Assembly: GCF_000237865.1 (NCBI RefSeq)
Contig: NC_017459.1
Coordinates: 1,140,001 to 1,172,000 of the forward strand
DNA length: 32,000 nt
Direction of reading: 5' to 3'
Source of the DNA: Haloquadratum walsbyi C23
GTDB taxonomy: Archaea > Halobacteriota > Halobacteria > Halobacteriales > Haloferacaceae
The position numbers and the translations under genes were made by a program. How positions within the stretch are numbered: the stretch's first letter is position 1; every line of letters begins with the position of its first letter. Below the pieces are notes generated by a model. The model made no database searches. It was not told the DNA's origin and saw only the letters and a program-made list of their open reading frames with translations. Of this stretch, positions 8,704 through 17,334 are shown one piece after another.

Positions 8704-8783
8704 TTGCCGGGAGTTCACATTAAAGCCCTACCCTCAAGGACTGAGGCGCGTCTGCGCCGAAGGAGTAGGGTAGGGTAGTTTAC
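8668..8783 (+). ncRNA. Putative omega-RNA (reRNA) scaffold / right end of copy 2
   Basis: It overlaps and follows the tnpB 3' end. The outer stem pairs CCCTACCCT (8726-8734) with AGGGTAGGG (8767-8775) and encloses an inner GGCGC-GTCT-GCGCC hairpin. The outer stem and flanks are conserved with 2397-2482, while the inner hairpin sequence differs. Confidence 0.45.
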
Positions 8784-8795
8784 TTCTCATTTATA

Positions 8796-9419
8796 TCAAA
8801 CTGTTCGACTGAGAGCTGTCTGGAGATGATCACCTTTGGGGATATCATGCCCACTTGCATAGCCATTGAGTTTCGCAGCGGCAGGTGACTCTCGAACTGT
8901 TTCATCATCATATCCACTATCGTCGAAGACATCCGATAGTGTTGGATCAGTCCGGAGGTTGTGCTTTTGATGATAGTCTTCAGCAGGATAGAACCCTAAC
9001 AGACGCTCAATACGGGTTCCAATGGCGTCGGCAGCGAACCCACGTTCTGAAAGGAAGGTTTTTAGTGTTTCTCGTTGATCTGGTGTTGCCAGCAAAATAA
9101 TATTTTGATATTGTGTTTTGCTCGCTTGATAATTTGGTCGATGATTCTCGAATACCCGGCTCAATAGTTCCCGATATGAAAGGACCGCAGGATTGTATTC
9201 AATCTGGAATACCTCGGTATGATCTCCAAGATTGTGATACGTCGGATCGGACTTTCTACCACCAGCGTAGCCGACGCGTGTCCGGACAACACCCGCAAGT
9301 GCGCCGAATTGTGCCTCCGGTCCCCAGAAACATCCGAGTCCGAAGGTCGCAGTCTCAGTCTTGTCGTGATTCAGCGCAGCACGGTCATACTCCTCAATGA
9401 GCGTTGGTGTGAGTGTCAC
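8796..9419 (-). CDS. msrA: Peptide-methionine (S)-S-oxide reductase MsrA
   Basis: 207-aa ORF with the GCFWG active-site motif (FGLGCFWGPEAQF) and the typical VGYAGG and HDPT-like regions of the PMSR family. Confidence 0.9.
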   Translation of the reverse strand: MTLTPTLIEEYDRAALNHDKTETATFGLGCFWGPEAQFGALAGVVRTRVGYAGGRKSDPTYHNLGDHTEVFQIEYNPAVLSYRELLSRVFENHRPNYQASKTQYQNIILLATPDQRETLKTFLSERGFAADAIGTRIERLLGFYPAEDYHQKHNLRTDPTLSDVFDDSGYDDETVRESPAAAKLNGYASGHDIPKGDHLQTALSRTV

Positions 9420-9448
9420 AGGTTTTGAATGAATCGGGTGTAAGTAGG

Positions 9449-9859
9449 TTATTTCTCGCTGAAATCGAGTGCTTTACCGTTGATACAGTACCGCTTTCCC
9501 GTCGGGTCCGGTCCATCATCGAATACATGACCTAGATGACCCTCACAGGTGCTACAGATGACTTCGGTTCGCACTCTTCCATGACTGCGGTCAACCTGCG
9601 TTTCGACGGCAGCTGTGTCAGTTGGAGCCCAGAAACTTGGCCATCCAGTTCCAGACTCGAACTTTTCGTCTGACTGAAATAACTCCGAATGACAGCCAGC
9701 ACATCGGAACACACCGTCTTCAGTAACTTTCAGTAAATCTGATGTGCCCGCACGCTCGGTTCCTTCCTCGCGTAGAATGTGATACTCCTCTTCATCGAGA
9801 ACTTCACGCCACTCTTCATCGCTTTCTGGCACGCTTTCGGCGGTACGATTTTCAGACAT
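9449..9859 (-). CDS. msrB: Peptide-methionine (R)-S-oxide reductase MsrB
   Basis: 136-aa ORF with SelR-family motifs: CAGCHSELF, SGTGWPSF, and RTEVICSTCEGHLGHVFDDGP with two CxxC zinc pairs. It lies 29 nt upstream of msrA on the same strand. Confidence 0.9.
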   Translation of the reverse strand: MSENRTAESVPESDEEWREVLDEEEYHILREEGTERAGTSDLLKVTEDGVFRCAGCHSELFQSDEKFESGTGWPSFWAPTDTAAVETQVDRSHGRVRTEVICSTCEGHLGHVFDDGPDPTGKRYCINGKALDFSEK

Positions 9860-9918
9860 ACTATTTGTACATAGCTTGAGATGCTTGACATTGACGTTGA
9901 TGCAACTCAGCGATGATA

Positions 9919-10224
9919 TCAGTTGACCTCGCTCTGTACCCAGTTAGCGAATGAGTCAATAATATCAGCCTCATCAAACCGCTCAATACAGGGCACATCA
10001 TTTGTGTGCTTTTCAGCGAGCTGTTTTTCCAATTCTGGATACCGTTCTGCGGTTGTTTTGGCGAATAAAATGGCCTCTTTATTATCTTCATGCATTTCAC
10101 CCTCCCATCGATACGTGGAGTTGCAATTCATGATGTTAACACATGCAGCTAATCGCTCCTCAACAAGAAATTCGGCTAGCTCACTTGCAGCGTCTCTCGG
10201 AGCTGTAATATACACGGTCGACAT
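9919..10224 (-). CDS. cutA: Divalent-cation tolerance protein CutA
   Basis: 101-aa ORF. VYITAP...ERLAACVNI...STYRWEGE...EAILFAKT matches the CutA1 family pattern. It lies upstream of msrB on the same strand. Confidence 0.85.
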   Translation of the reverse strand: MSTVYITAPRDAASELAEFLVEERLAACVNIMNCNSTYRWEGEMHEDNKEAILFAKTTAERYPELEKQLAEKHTNDVPCIERFDEADIIDSFANWVQSEVN

Positions 10225-10446
10225 TATTTAATTCAAGATTTCGATTTCGGTTTAATTAAAATTTGGTGGACATAAACCTGTCTCACCATACCGAGATTCT
10301 ATTTCAAAAATCACAATGAGTCAGCAAAATGTAACATTCAATTTGATCAGACACCTATCTCGCGTGGATTAAATACGTCACTTAGCAGTTACGCTAATAC
10401 CGTCACTTCTCTTGATGATATTTTTTCACTGCTGCTCGGTATCGCG

Positions 10447-10875
10447 TTAGAGAAACCCGTTACTCAACGGATCGTTACTCATATCACGCTGGATGGAGAC
10501 CCAATGTGTCACGCCTGCATCTTCGGTTGGTTTGAGTGCTTCAACCGACCACCGAACTTTGTATGCTTCACCATCTTTTCGATAATTCGTTGTTTCCCCA
10601 ATAAAGTGCCCATCTTCAGCGAGACTTTGTGTCAGTTTATCAATCACATATTCACTGGTTTCCTCACCCTGCAACATCTTTGGAGTCTCTCCGAGAGCCT
10701 CTTCTTTTGAATATCCAGTCATTTCTTCGAAATATTTGTTTACAAATAGAATTTCTTCTTCTGGTTTTTCGTGTGCAGGACCAGCTGTGATCATAATACA
10801 CTCTGGATAATGATCAAGAATCCACCCGAACGTTCCATCATCACTTATTTCTGAGACTATTTTTTCGTAATCCAT
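10447..10875 (-). CDS. Stand-alone PAS domain protein
   Basis: 142-aa ORF. ILFVNKYFEEMTGYSKEEALGETPKMLQGEETS...NYRKDGEAYKVRWSVEAL is a canonical PAS fold signature. There is no output domain. Confidence 0.8.
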   Translation of the reverse strand: MDYEKIVSEISDDGTFGWILDHYPECIMITAGPAHEKPEEEILFVNKYFEEMTGYSKEEALGETPKMLQGEETSEYVIDKLTQSLAEDGHFIGETTNYRKDGEAYKVRWSVEALKPTEDAGVTHWVSIQRDMSNDPLSNGFL

Positions 10876-11325
10876 TATCGCGATAATATCAACGTACTAC
10901 GTTCTTATAATATACTGGATAGACATATGCCGATGCTTCTTTGCGATTGTTACAATCCTAAGACGAGTGTGTCACTCGATAGTTCCGCATTATCATTTAC
11001 ACTTATTATATATTGAGATTATTATAACATGGCTGAATAATTCATTTTATTTCTATACAGTCGATCCAACAGAGTAATTAGATGCTTATATATACATAAA
11101 CAAAATAATTGATACTAAAATTGGAAATTATACATTTACTTGAGCGAATACATTAATAGAGTGCCTGCCTATTCAGTATAAATATCTCAATTCTATGCTT
11201 GATATTTATAATAAATCTATACCAAATTAAAGTAGCATCATTTAATTTTTCCAGAGCAACGATTTGCTAGCGTGTCCGATTGAACGATACAAGGTCATAG
11301 CATCGCAACCTGATGAAAAGACGAC

Positions 11326-13254
11326 TCATGTATTTGCAGACCACACAGGAAGTTCGATATGGGTGGCGTACTCATTGTTGTGATGGATAGTGTTCTCAGC
11401 AACCCGTGGATTCGTGTCACCGTACAATTTGCCGCCAGTATTCTGATTCACATCAAAACGCGGCCAATTTGACGAAGAGATATCAAGTCGGATTCGATGG
11501 TCCTGTTTGAATCGATTGGCAGTATCATATGGCTCCATATAAAATTCATAGACAACACCGGGTTCAAGTAGATCCGGCTCCTGACGATATCCACGATATC
11601 GACCTCGGCAGATTGAATCTGATATATTGAGCGCATATCCATCAGGGTGTGTTTTACTTGCTGGATATTCGTCAATAAGTTTCGCGGTGAAGTCGGTGTC
11701 TTGACCGTCAGTCTCTCCATAGATGCGGACACGAATTGGTCCAGCGATATCCACTGGCTGCTCAAGCGGCGGTGTTCGGAACGTAAGCACATCGTCACGG
11801 TCGGCGAGTGGACCATACGGTGGAGTGGCACCGAAGGTATCCTGATCTGTCCGTTGATCATATCCTCCGCGACCTGCGAAATCAATAATATTCCGGTCAC
11901 CAAGAGGGTGTGCTCGGACAGACTCATCTCGAGGCTCATACGTGAGATATGAAGACGTATTCCCGCCAATCGTCGGCACAGGGTCTGTGGGATCAAAATT
12001 GAAAGTTGTTGTAGACACATCGGCTTTTGGCTTCATACTTGACAGCGTCCCATCATTATGGATATAATATCGAGTCATCTCAGTCCCCTCAGGAGGCCAA
12101 GTATCAGCATCCCGCCACTCACCGCCGTGGAAAAGTAAGCCATCATCGGTGCGGTGACCATCGCCGGTTCCCATAAGAAAGTATTCGACACGCGGTTGTG
12201 TTTTCCATCCATCTCCGCCCTGAAGATACTGATCGAAGAAACGTAGTCGCGTTTCACGGTATTTACGAGCAGCCGCGTCACCAAACGCAAGATCTCCAGC
12301 CGTCGGATGCTCCCATGATAACGGTGGAAACAACAGAGCATCACTATGATCGTGTCCCCCCGGCAGTCGTGCTAAATGCGTCCATGGTCCCATAAGGAGA
12401 TAATGATCGGCATCCTTTCGATTCCCTAATTCAACGAAATTATCACAGGTTGCGCCAGTGTATGAGTCATACCATCCACCAGCATATACTGTCGGGACAT
12501 CTGCTGAGTTATCATAGTGACGCTCGAAATTGAGACCAGGATTCTTCCAGAGATCGGTACTCGTATTTCCAGTCTCCATGATATCGAAAGTCCACTGCTC
12601 ATAGCCTGGAAGTGTCGCAAGCGGAGACTCACCACGTTTAATTGGACTGTCAGCGAGGATCTCCCTGACGTCTACATCTGCGAACTGCTGTTGTATGTCA
12701 GGGTCGGCAAGCGATTCATGAGCGAATCCACCCCCTAGTGTGAGTGCCCAACAAAGCCATCGCAACTCAAATGCCCCGTTATGACGAAATGTTTTCTTTC
12801 GTCCATTTGCTGCACCCATGTTCACGAACATGCCTGCAAGATTATTTGGATCTTGTGTGGCAAGTGCACTCTGAACCCACGCTCCATATGATGTTCCAAG
12901 TGTCGCTACCTGACCGTCGCAGTACTCACGTTTGGAGAGCCAATCAACAGTATCAGCCCCATCCTTAGCCTCGTTAGCATGAATGTAGAATTCACCGTCG
13001 CTATCAAATCGACCTCGGACATCTTGAATAGCGACCACATACCCACGGGAAGCGTACCACTCACCATGGCGAAGACGACCACCGGTACGGTCATATGGTG
13101 TTCGATCAAGTAATACTGGTCTTGACTCATCTACTGGTTCGCCAGTTTGGGGATCTGCAGGTCGATAGATATCTGTTGCCAGTTCTATCCCATCCCTCGT
13201 CTCAATACGGACATTCAATTCTGCATGTACATCATATGTCGACTGTGAAGCCAT
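11326..13254 (-). CDS. CocE/NonD family hydrolase (Peptidase_S15 / X-Pro dipeptidyl-peptidase-like alpha/beta hydrolase)
   Basis: The N-terminus has RDGIELATDIYRP...PVLLDRTPYDR. The nucleophile elbow is GTSYGAW. The C-terminal beta-sandwich has HRIRLDISSSNWPRFDVNQNTG. I chose the start at ATG 13254 (MASQSTYDV). The 20-codon extension to 13314 is hydrophobic and looks spurious. Confidence 0.85.
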   Translation of the reverse strand: MASQSTYDVHAELNVRIETRDGIELATDIYRPADPQTGEPVDESRPVLLDRTPYDRTGGRLRHGEWYASRGYVVAIQDVRGRFDSDGEFYIHANEAKDGADTVDWLSKREYCDGQVATLGTSYGAWVQSALATQDPNNLAGMFVNMGAANGRKKTFRHNGAFELRWLCWALTLGGGFAHESLADPDIQQQFADVDVREILADSPIKRGESPLATLPGYEQWTFDIMETGNTSTDLWKNPGLNFERHYDNSADVPTVYAGGWYDSYTGATCDNFVELGNRKDADHYLLMGPWTHLARLPGGHDHSDALLFPPLSWEHPTAGDLAFGDAAARKYRETRLRFFDQYLQGGDGWKTQPRVEYFLMGTGDGHRTDDGLLFHGGEWRDADTWPPEGTEMTRYYIHNDGTLSSMKPKADVSTTTFNFDPTDPVPTIGGNTSSYLTYEPRDESVRAHPLGDRNIIDFAGRGGYDQRTDQDTFGATPPYGPLADRDDVLTFRTPPLEQPVDIAGPIRVRIYGETDGQDTDFTAKLIDEYPASKTHPDGYALNISDSICRGRYRGYRQEPDLLEPGVVYEFYMEPYDTANRFKQDHRIRLDISSSNWPRFDVNQNTGGKLYGDTNPRVAENTIHHNNEYATHIELPVWSANT

Positions 13255-13359
13255 GTGCTGAGGAAGTAGTATAACCGGCAAATAAGTTACGCAATTGAAT
13301 ATAGCATCAAACAAGCAATGAGTATTTTCTGTCTCATGTGTGATGTATCGACGAATCTA

Positions 13360-13407
13360 CAGATAAGCAAGGCGAGTGTCTCGGGGCTTGACCTCGAGGC
13401 GGGTCAC
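13360..13407 (+). repeat. Copy B of the ~48-nt hairpin repeat (family a)
   Basis: CAGATAAGCAAGGCGAGTGTCTCGGGGCTTGACCTCGAGGCGGGTCAC. The hairpin is CTCGGGG-CTTGA-CCTCGAG. It aligns with 18379-18427 and, in reverse, with 8339-8384. Confidence 0.6.
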
Positions 13408-13514
13408 TAGATGCTATCAATCTGAATACACAGATCTATTATACTAATATGATCGCACGCGGATTAGCCGGCATAGTCAATATTTATTCAAGCTTCAGAG
13501 TAAACTCCGTTTTC

Positions 13515-13556
13515 AGGGAAGCCGTCTCTGACGGCTGTGTAAGCGGGGCAGTTCAC
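13515..13556 (+). repeat. Orphan right-end remnant (family b) ending in GGGGCAGTTCAC
   Basis: GGGAAGCCGTCTCTGACGGCTGTGTAAGCGGGGCAGTTCAC is a shortened version of 3587-3638 (GGAAGCCCCGCCCTGCTCGGCCTGACGGCCTCGCTAAGGGCGGGGTAGTTCAC). Confidence 0.5.
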
Positions 13557-13754
13557 TCAATTAATACTTTGATACTTCTATATCTGGATGATCATCGGAT
13601 GTAATAAGTATATGAATTAATAAGTGTATATCAGTATTCGCTTTTATTTGAGAACACATTTTGCCACCAGACTTTTATCCTTCTTTACTAATCTCTTGAT
13701 ATCGGGAGTCCACGAGTGTGTGTAACTATCACATAAATTTGTTCCGATAAGATC

Positions 13755-15287
13755 ATGTCTGAAGAAAATACAAGTAACAATGTCGAAACGGACGGCGGAA
13801 TGGTAACATATGGTATCGAAGATAAACCACCCCTTATACAGTCGATCTTGCTTGGGACGCAACACTGGCTGACAATGGTTGGTTCAACAATTGCTATCCC
13901 GCTCGTTTTAGCTGGTGCGCTTGGATTTAATGCGTCACAGACTGCACAACTTGTCGGGACATTTTTCGTTGTTTCTGGTATTGCAACGCTCGCACAGACC
14001 ACCATCGGTAATAAATATCCAATCGTTCAGGGTGGAACATTCTCAATGCTTGGTCCTGCTTTGGCAATTATTGGGGTCCTTGCTTCCAGCAATGCAGCAC
14101 CAACAGTAATGATGCGAGAACTCCAAGGTGCTATTATTGTCGCTGGCGCACTGGAAGTTCTTATCGGCTATCTTGGTATTTTTGGTCGACTTAAACGATA
14201 TATTGGACCATCTGTCATTGCAGTGGTCATTGCACTGATCGGATTAGCGCTCATCGGCGTTCCCCAAATTACGAGCGCTTCACAAAATTGGTATCTAGCT
14301 GGATTAACACTCACACTTATTGTGCTGTTCTCACAGTATATTGACAATTACTCTTGGGTATTCAATCTCTTCCCAGTGTTACTCGGACTTGGGCTTGCAT
14401 ATTTGATTGCGGTTGCGCTCTCTGTTGCAGGAGTTATGAATATCGTAAGTTTCGGCTCAATTGCTAGTGCACCACCAGTACGTGCAATTACACCGTTCCA
14501 GTGGGGAACGCCACTGTTTACCACCTCATTTGCGGCAGGAATGATTGCAGGGATGCTTGCATCGGCAATTGAGAGCTTTGGAGATTATCATTCTGTTGCT
14601 CGGATGGCTGGTGAGGGTGCACCCAACTCTCGACGAGTTAATCATGGTCTCGGCATGGAAGGGTTAGGAAATGTTTTCGCGGGAATCATGGGAACAGGGA
14701 ATGGTTCTACATCATATACCGAGAATGTCGGTGCGATTGGTATCACTGGTGTTGCCTCCCGATATGTCGTTCAGATAGGTGCTGTTGTGATGATTTTAGT
14801 TGGATATGTCGGATACTTTGGTGCTTTCGTCACCACTATTCCAAGTGCTATTGTTGGTGGGCTCTTTTTGGCGATGTTTGCACAAATTGTTGGTGTTGGA
14901 CTTTCGCAACTCCAACACGTCGATATGAACCAGAATCGAAATGTATTCGTCGTTGGTTTCGGACTATTTGCTGGTCTTTCGATTCCACGGTATATGAGTG
15001 GATTAGAGTCTGGCGCGCTAGAAGCCGGTCTGTCAAGTGTTCCGGTATTTGGGGCAGTGCTTGGAATCCCGGAAGTTGCACAGACATTGAGTATCATTCT
15101 TGGAACCCAAATTGCAGTCGGTGGTATCGCGGCGTTTATTCTCGACAATACCATTCCTGGTACTGACGAAGAACGTGGTCTCACCGCTTGGGGGGAAATC
15201 ACTGAGGATGAGGATGCATTCCAGCCATCATATGAGCGTGTGCTCTCAAGGGGCGAGACATCAGATCAAGAAATTGCTGATGACTGA
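13755..15287 (+). CDS. NCS2/NAT family nucleobase (xanthine/uracil-type) permease
   Basis: 510-aa polytopic membrane protein. QHWLTMVGSTIAIPLVL is present in the TM1 region. The NAT signature ENVGAIGITG (14721-14750) fits [Q/E/P]NxGxxxxT[R/K/G] and is followed by VASRYVVQ. Confidence 0.9.
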   Translation: MSEENTSNNVETDGGMVTYGIEDKPPLIQSILLGTQHWLTMVGSTIAIPLVLAGALGFNASQTAQLVGTFFVVSGIATLAQTTIGNKYPIVQGGTFSMLGPALAIIGVLASSNAAPTVMMRELQGAIIVAGALEVLIGYLGIFGRLKRYIGPSVIAVVIALIGLALIGVPQITSASQNWYLAGLTLTLIVLFSQYIDNYSWVFNLFPVLLGLGLAYLIAVALSVAGVMNIVSFGSIASAPPVRAITPFQWGTPLFTTSFAAGMIAGMLASAIESFGDYHSVARMAGEGAPNSRRVNHGLGMEGLGNVFAGIMGTGNGSTSYTENVGAIGITGVASRYVVQIGAVVMILVGYVGYFGAFVTTIPSAIVGGLFLAMFAQIVGVGLSQLQHVDMNQNRNVFVVGFGLFAGLSIPRYMSGLESGALEAGLSSVPVFGAVLGIPEVAQTLSIILGTQIAVGGIAAFILDNTIPGTDEERGLTAWGEITEDEDAFQPSYERVLSRGETSDQEIADD

Positions 15288-15347
15288 GTAATACTCACAT
15301 TACTTATTCAGAATCAATAATAAGTGTATATGTTGTGAGTAACGATT

Positions 15348-15794
15348 GTGAACAACATCACTCACTCAGAAGAGACGGAACACGATCAAGATAACATACC
15401 ATTTGATGACAGCATAATTGCGGAGATGCCCTTACGTTCTTCTGGGTGGGTTGGATACTCCGATGATGCTATTGTTATTAACGACGATGAATGTAAGAAA
15501 ATACATACAGAGGATGTCGCTGAGATTGGGCTCCGAACACTTCAGTGGGATATAGCAGTAATGAGCATTCTGCTTGTAGGTGTTGGAGGGTACATCGTGT
15601 TGACACGCAATCCATTCATTGGGCTTTGTTTCGCTTTGGTTGGTCTTGGAAGTCTTTATCGAACCTATACGCATCGACAAGCATTGGTTATTCAAATTAG
15701 AAACCACCAGAAGCCAGTGATAATTCATCCGACAAACCCAGAGACATGTCATGACAAATTGGCTGAAACAGCCGAATTAAATCAAGTCCGATAG
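15348..15794 (+). CDS. Hypothetical 2-TM membrane protein
   Basis: 148-aa ORF with GTG start. An acidic N-terminus is followed by two adjacent hydrophobic spans (VMSILLVGVGGYIVL / FIGLCFALVGLGSLY). It sits between the permease and the amidohydrolase on the same strand. Confidence 0.5.
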   Translation: MNNITHSEETEHDQDNIPFDDSIIAEMPLRSSGWVGYSDDAIVINDDECKKIHTEDVAEIGLRTLQWDIAVMSILLVGVGGYIVLTRNPFIGLCFALVGLGSLYRTYTHRQALVIQIRNHQKPVIIHPTNPETCHDKLAETAELNQVR

Positions 15795-15846
15795 TCTCGG
15801 TCGCACGGTAGTATTAAGTTATTCGGACCGAATCGAGATATGGACA

Positions 15847-17271
15847 ATGACGATTGCAGATTTGAATGTTGTTAACGCGAAAGTAGTAACACCGACAAAA
15901 ACATTTGTTGGTGGAATTGCTGCCAAAGATGGATCAATTATCTCGGTTGATTCCCTTCCAAACCTCCCTGAAGCCGAACAAACAATCGACGCAAATGGGA
16001 ATTATCTTATCCCCGGGTTTATTGACCCACATGTTCATTGGGGACTTTCACGATATGAGTACGACTATCATGAGGGGCTTAAACACGACTTTGAGACCGA
16101 AACAAGAGGTGCAGTTCACGGTGGTGTGACAACTGTTGTTAATTTCTTACTGCAGCCAGAACCGTATGTGCCCGATATGGACTTTTTCATCAAAGCTGGT
16201 GAAGAGAACTCATATATAGACTTTGCATATCATGCAATTATTCATAAAGAGCCACACTTCGCGGAAGTGGAGGCACTCGCAGAAAACGGAATTCGGTCAT
16301 TCAAGATCTTTTATAATTGGTATAAACATGCATCACCAGAGCTTGGAATTGAGCATTCTGATTCAGGGCGAGTATACCGTCTTCTTGATACAGTTTCAGA
16401 TATTGAGGGTGGGGTGGTTATGTTCCATGCTGAGAATGAAGATCTTGCACATGAACGCCGACAGGAACTCAAAGAGACGGGTCGTAATGATCTTGAAGTC
16501 TGGTCTGAGTCTGCCCCGAACATCTGCGAGGCGATGCAAATAGAGAATATTGCCAAACTAACAGAGTATACTGATTCTACCGCATATATTGTCCACATGA
16601 GCACAGGCGAAGGTGTTGATATTTGCCGACGATATCAACAACAGGGCGTGGATATTAGTACCGAAACTCTCCCGGCATTTCTCGCACACACAAAGGATGA
16701 AGAAGGACTTGGAGTCTGGGGGAAGATTTCACCACCACTTCGCGGTGAGCAGAGTAGACAGAAGCTCTGGCATGGATTACGTGACGGAGTGATTGATTAT
16801 GCTGGCACCGATCATTGTCCACATAAAAAATCATTCAAAGAAAAGGACCAAGGGAAATTTGGAGATATCTGGGAAGCGATTCCAGGCGATAATAATGGGA
16901 TAGAATATTTCCTGCCAGTGATGATGAGTGAGGGAGTTAATAAAAACAATATTAGTATGGAGCGACTGGTGGAGGTTTGTGCAGAGAACAACGCCCGCCG
17001 ATGGGGACTATACCCTCGAAAAGGTGCTTTAGTTGAGGGAGCAGATGCCGACATGGTCATCGTTGATTTAGAGAAATCAGCTACTGTTACTGATGACTTC
17101 TATCATACAATGGAGCCTCGATATTCGAGTTTTCATGGACAAGAACTGACCGGGTTGCCAACTCATACGATCATTGACGGTGAGGTTGCTGTCAAAGAAG
17201 GCGAACTTCAGGTCACAAAGGGTGGTCGAAACTACCTTCCACGACAGCCTGATGGTGTCCCAATCGAGTAA
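15847..17271 (+). CDS. Cyclic amidohydrolase of the hydantoinase/dihydropyrimidinase/allantoinase group
   Basis: The metal site is GFIDPHVHW. SFKIFYNW lies at the position of the carboxylated Lys (SFKxFMAY). Also present are MFHAENEDL, YIVHMST and GTDHCP. The 474-aa length is typical for the group. Confidence 0.85.
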   Translation: MTIADLNVVNAKVVTPTKTFVGGIAAKDGSIISVDSLPNLPEAEQTIDANGNYLIPGFIDPHVHWGLSRYEYDYHEGLKHDFETETRGAVHGGVTTVVNFLLQPEPYVPDMDFFIKAGEENSYIDFAYHAIIHKEPHFAEVEALAENGIRSFKIFYNWYKHASPELGIEHSDSGRVYRLLDTVSDIEGGVVMFHAENEDLAHERRQELKETGRNDLEVWSESAPNICEAMQIENIAKLTEYTDSTAYIVHMSTGEGVDICRRYQQQGVDISTETLPAFLAHTKDEEGLGVWGKISPPLRGEQSRQKLWHGLRDGVIDYAGTDHCPHKKSFKEKDQGKFGDIWEAIPGDNNGIEYFLPVMMSEGVNKNNISMERLVEVCAENNARRWGLYPRKGALVEGADADMVIVDLEKSATVTDDFYHTMEPRYSSFHGQELTGLPTHTIIDGEVAVKEGELQVTKGGRNYLPRQPDGVPIE

Positions 17272-17334
17272 TACAGAGTATAGCAGGGTATGGTGAATAT
17301 GCGGGCGAATTTGTATTTCTCATTATTGTAGATT

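Larger units (their letters stand above)
6876..8783 (+). mobile_element. IS200/IS605-family IS1341-type element, copy 2 (tnpB only), inactivated and carrying a nested MITE
   Basis: The left end is homologous to the reverse complement of 3641-3788. A full-length but broken tnpB follows. The right end finishes in GGGTAGTTTAC (8773-8783). The element is visibly GC-rich relative to its flanks. Confidence 0.75.

Noticed and set aside
2397-8783. The two inverted tnpB copies plus cassette as a composite transposon
   Set aside because: IS200/IS605-family elements transpose as single strands by end-specific hairpins and are not known to mobilise composites. Both copies are dead and no tnpA is present. 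It is kept only as an inversion/islet hypothesis.
11448-12020. 190-aa ORF in another frame on the same strand inside the CocE/NonD hydrolase gene, and similar long shadows (14771..15202, 18708..19124, 21518..21874, 16223..16543, 25543..25899)
   Set aside because: Each is fully embedded in a strongly supported CDS, has odd composition (Cys/Ser/Arg/Leu-rich) and has no motifs.
13360-13556. Family-a repeat (13360-13407) and family-b end (13515-13556) as the two termini of one ~200-bp MITE
   Set aside because: The two ends belong to different families. The ~107 nt between them is ordinary AT-rich spacer without internal structure. Two independent remnants are more likely.
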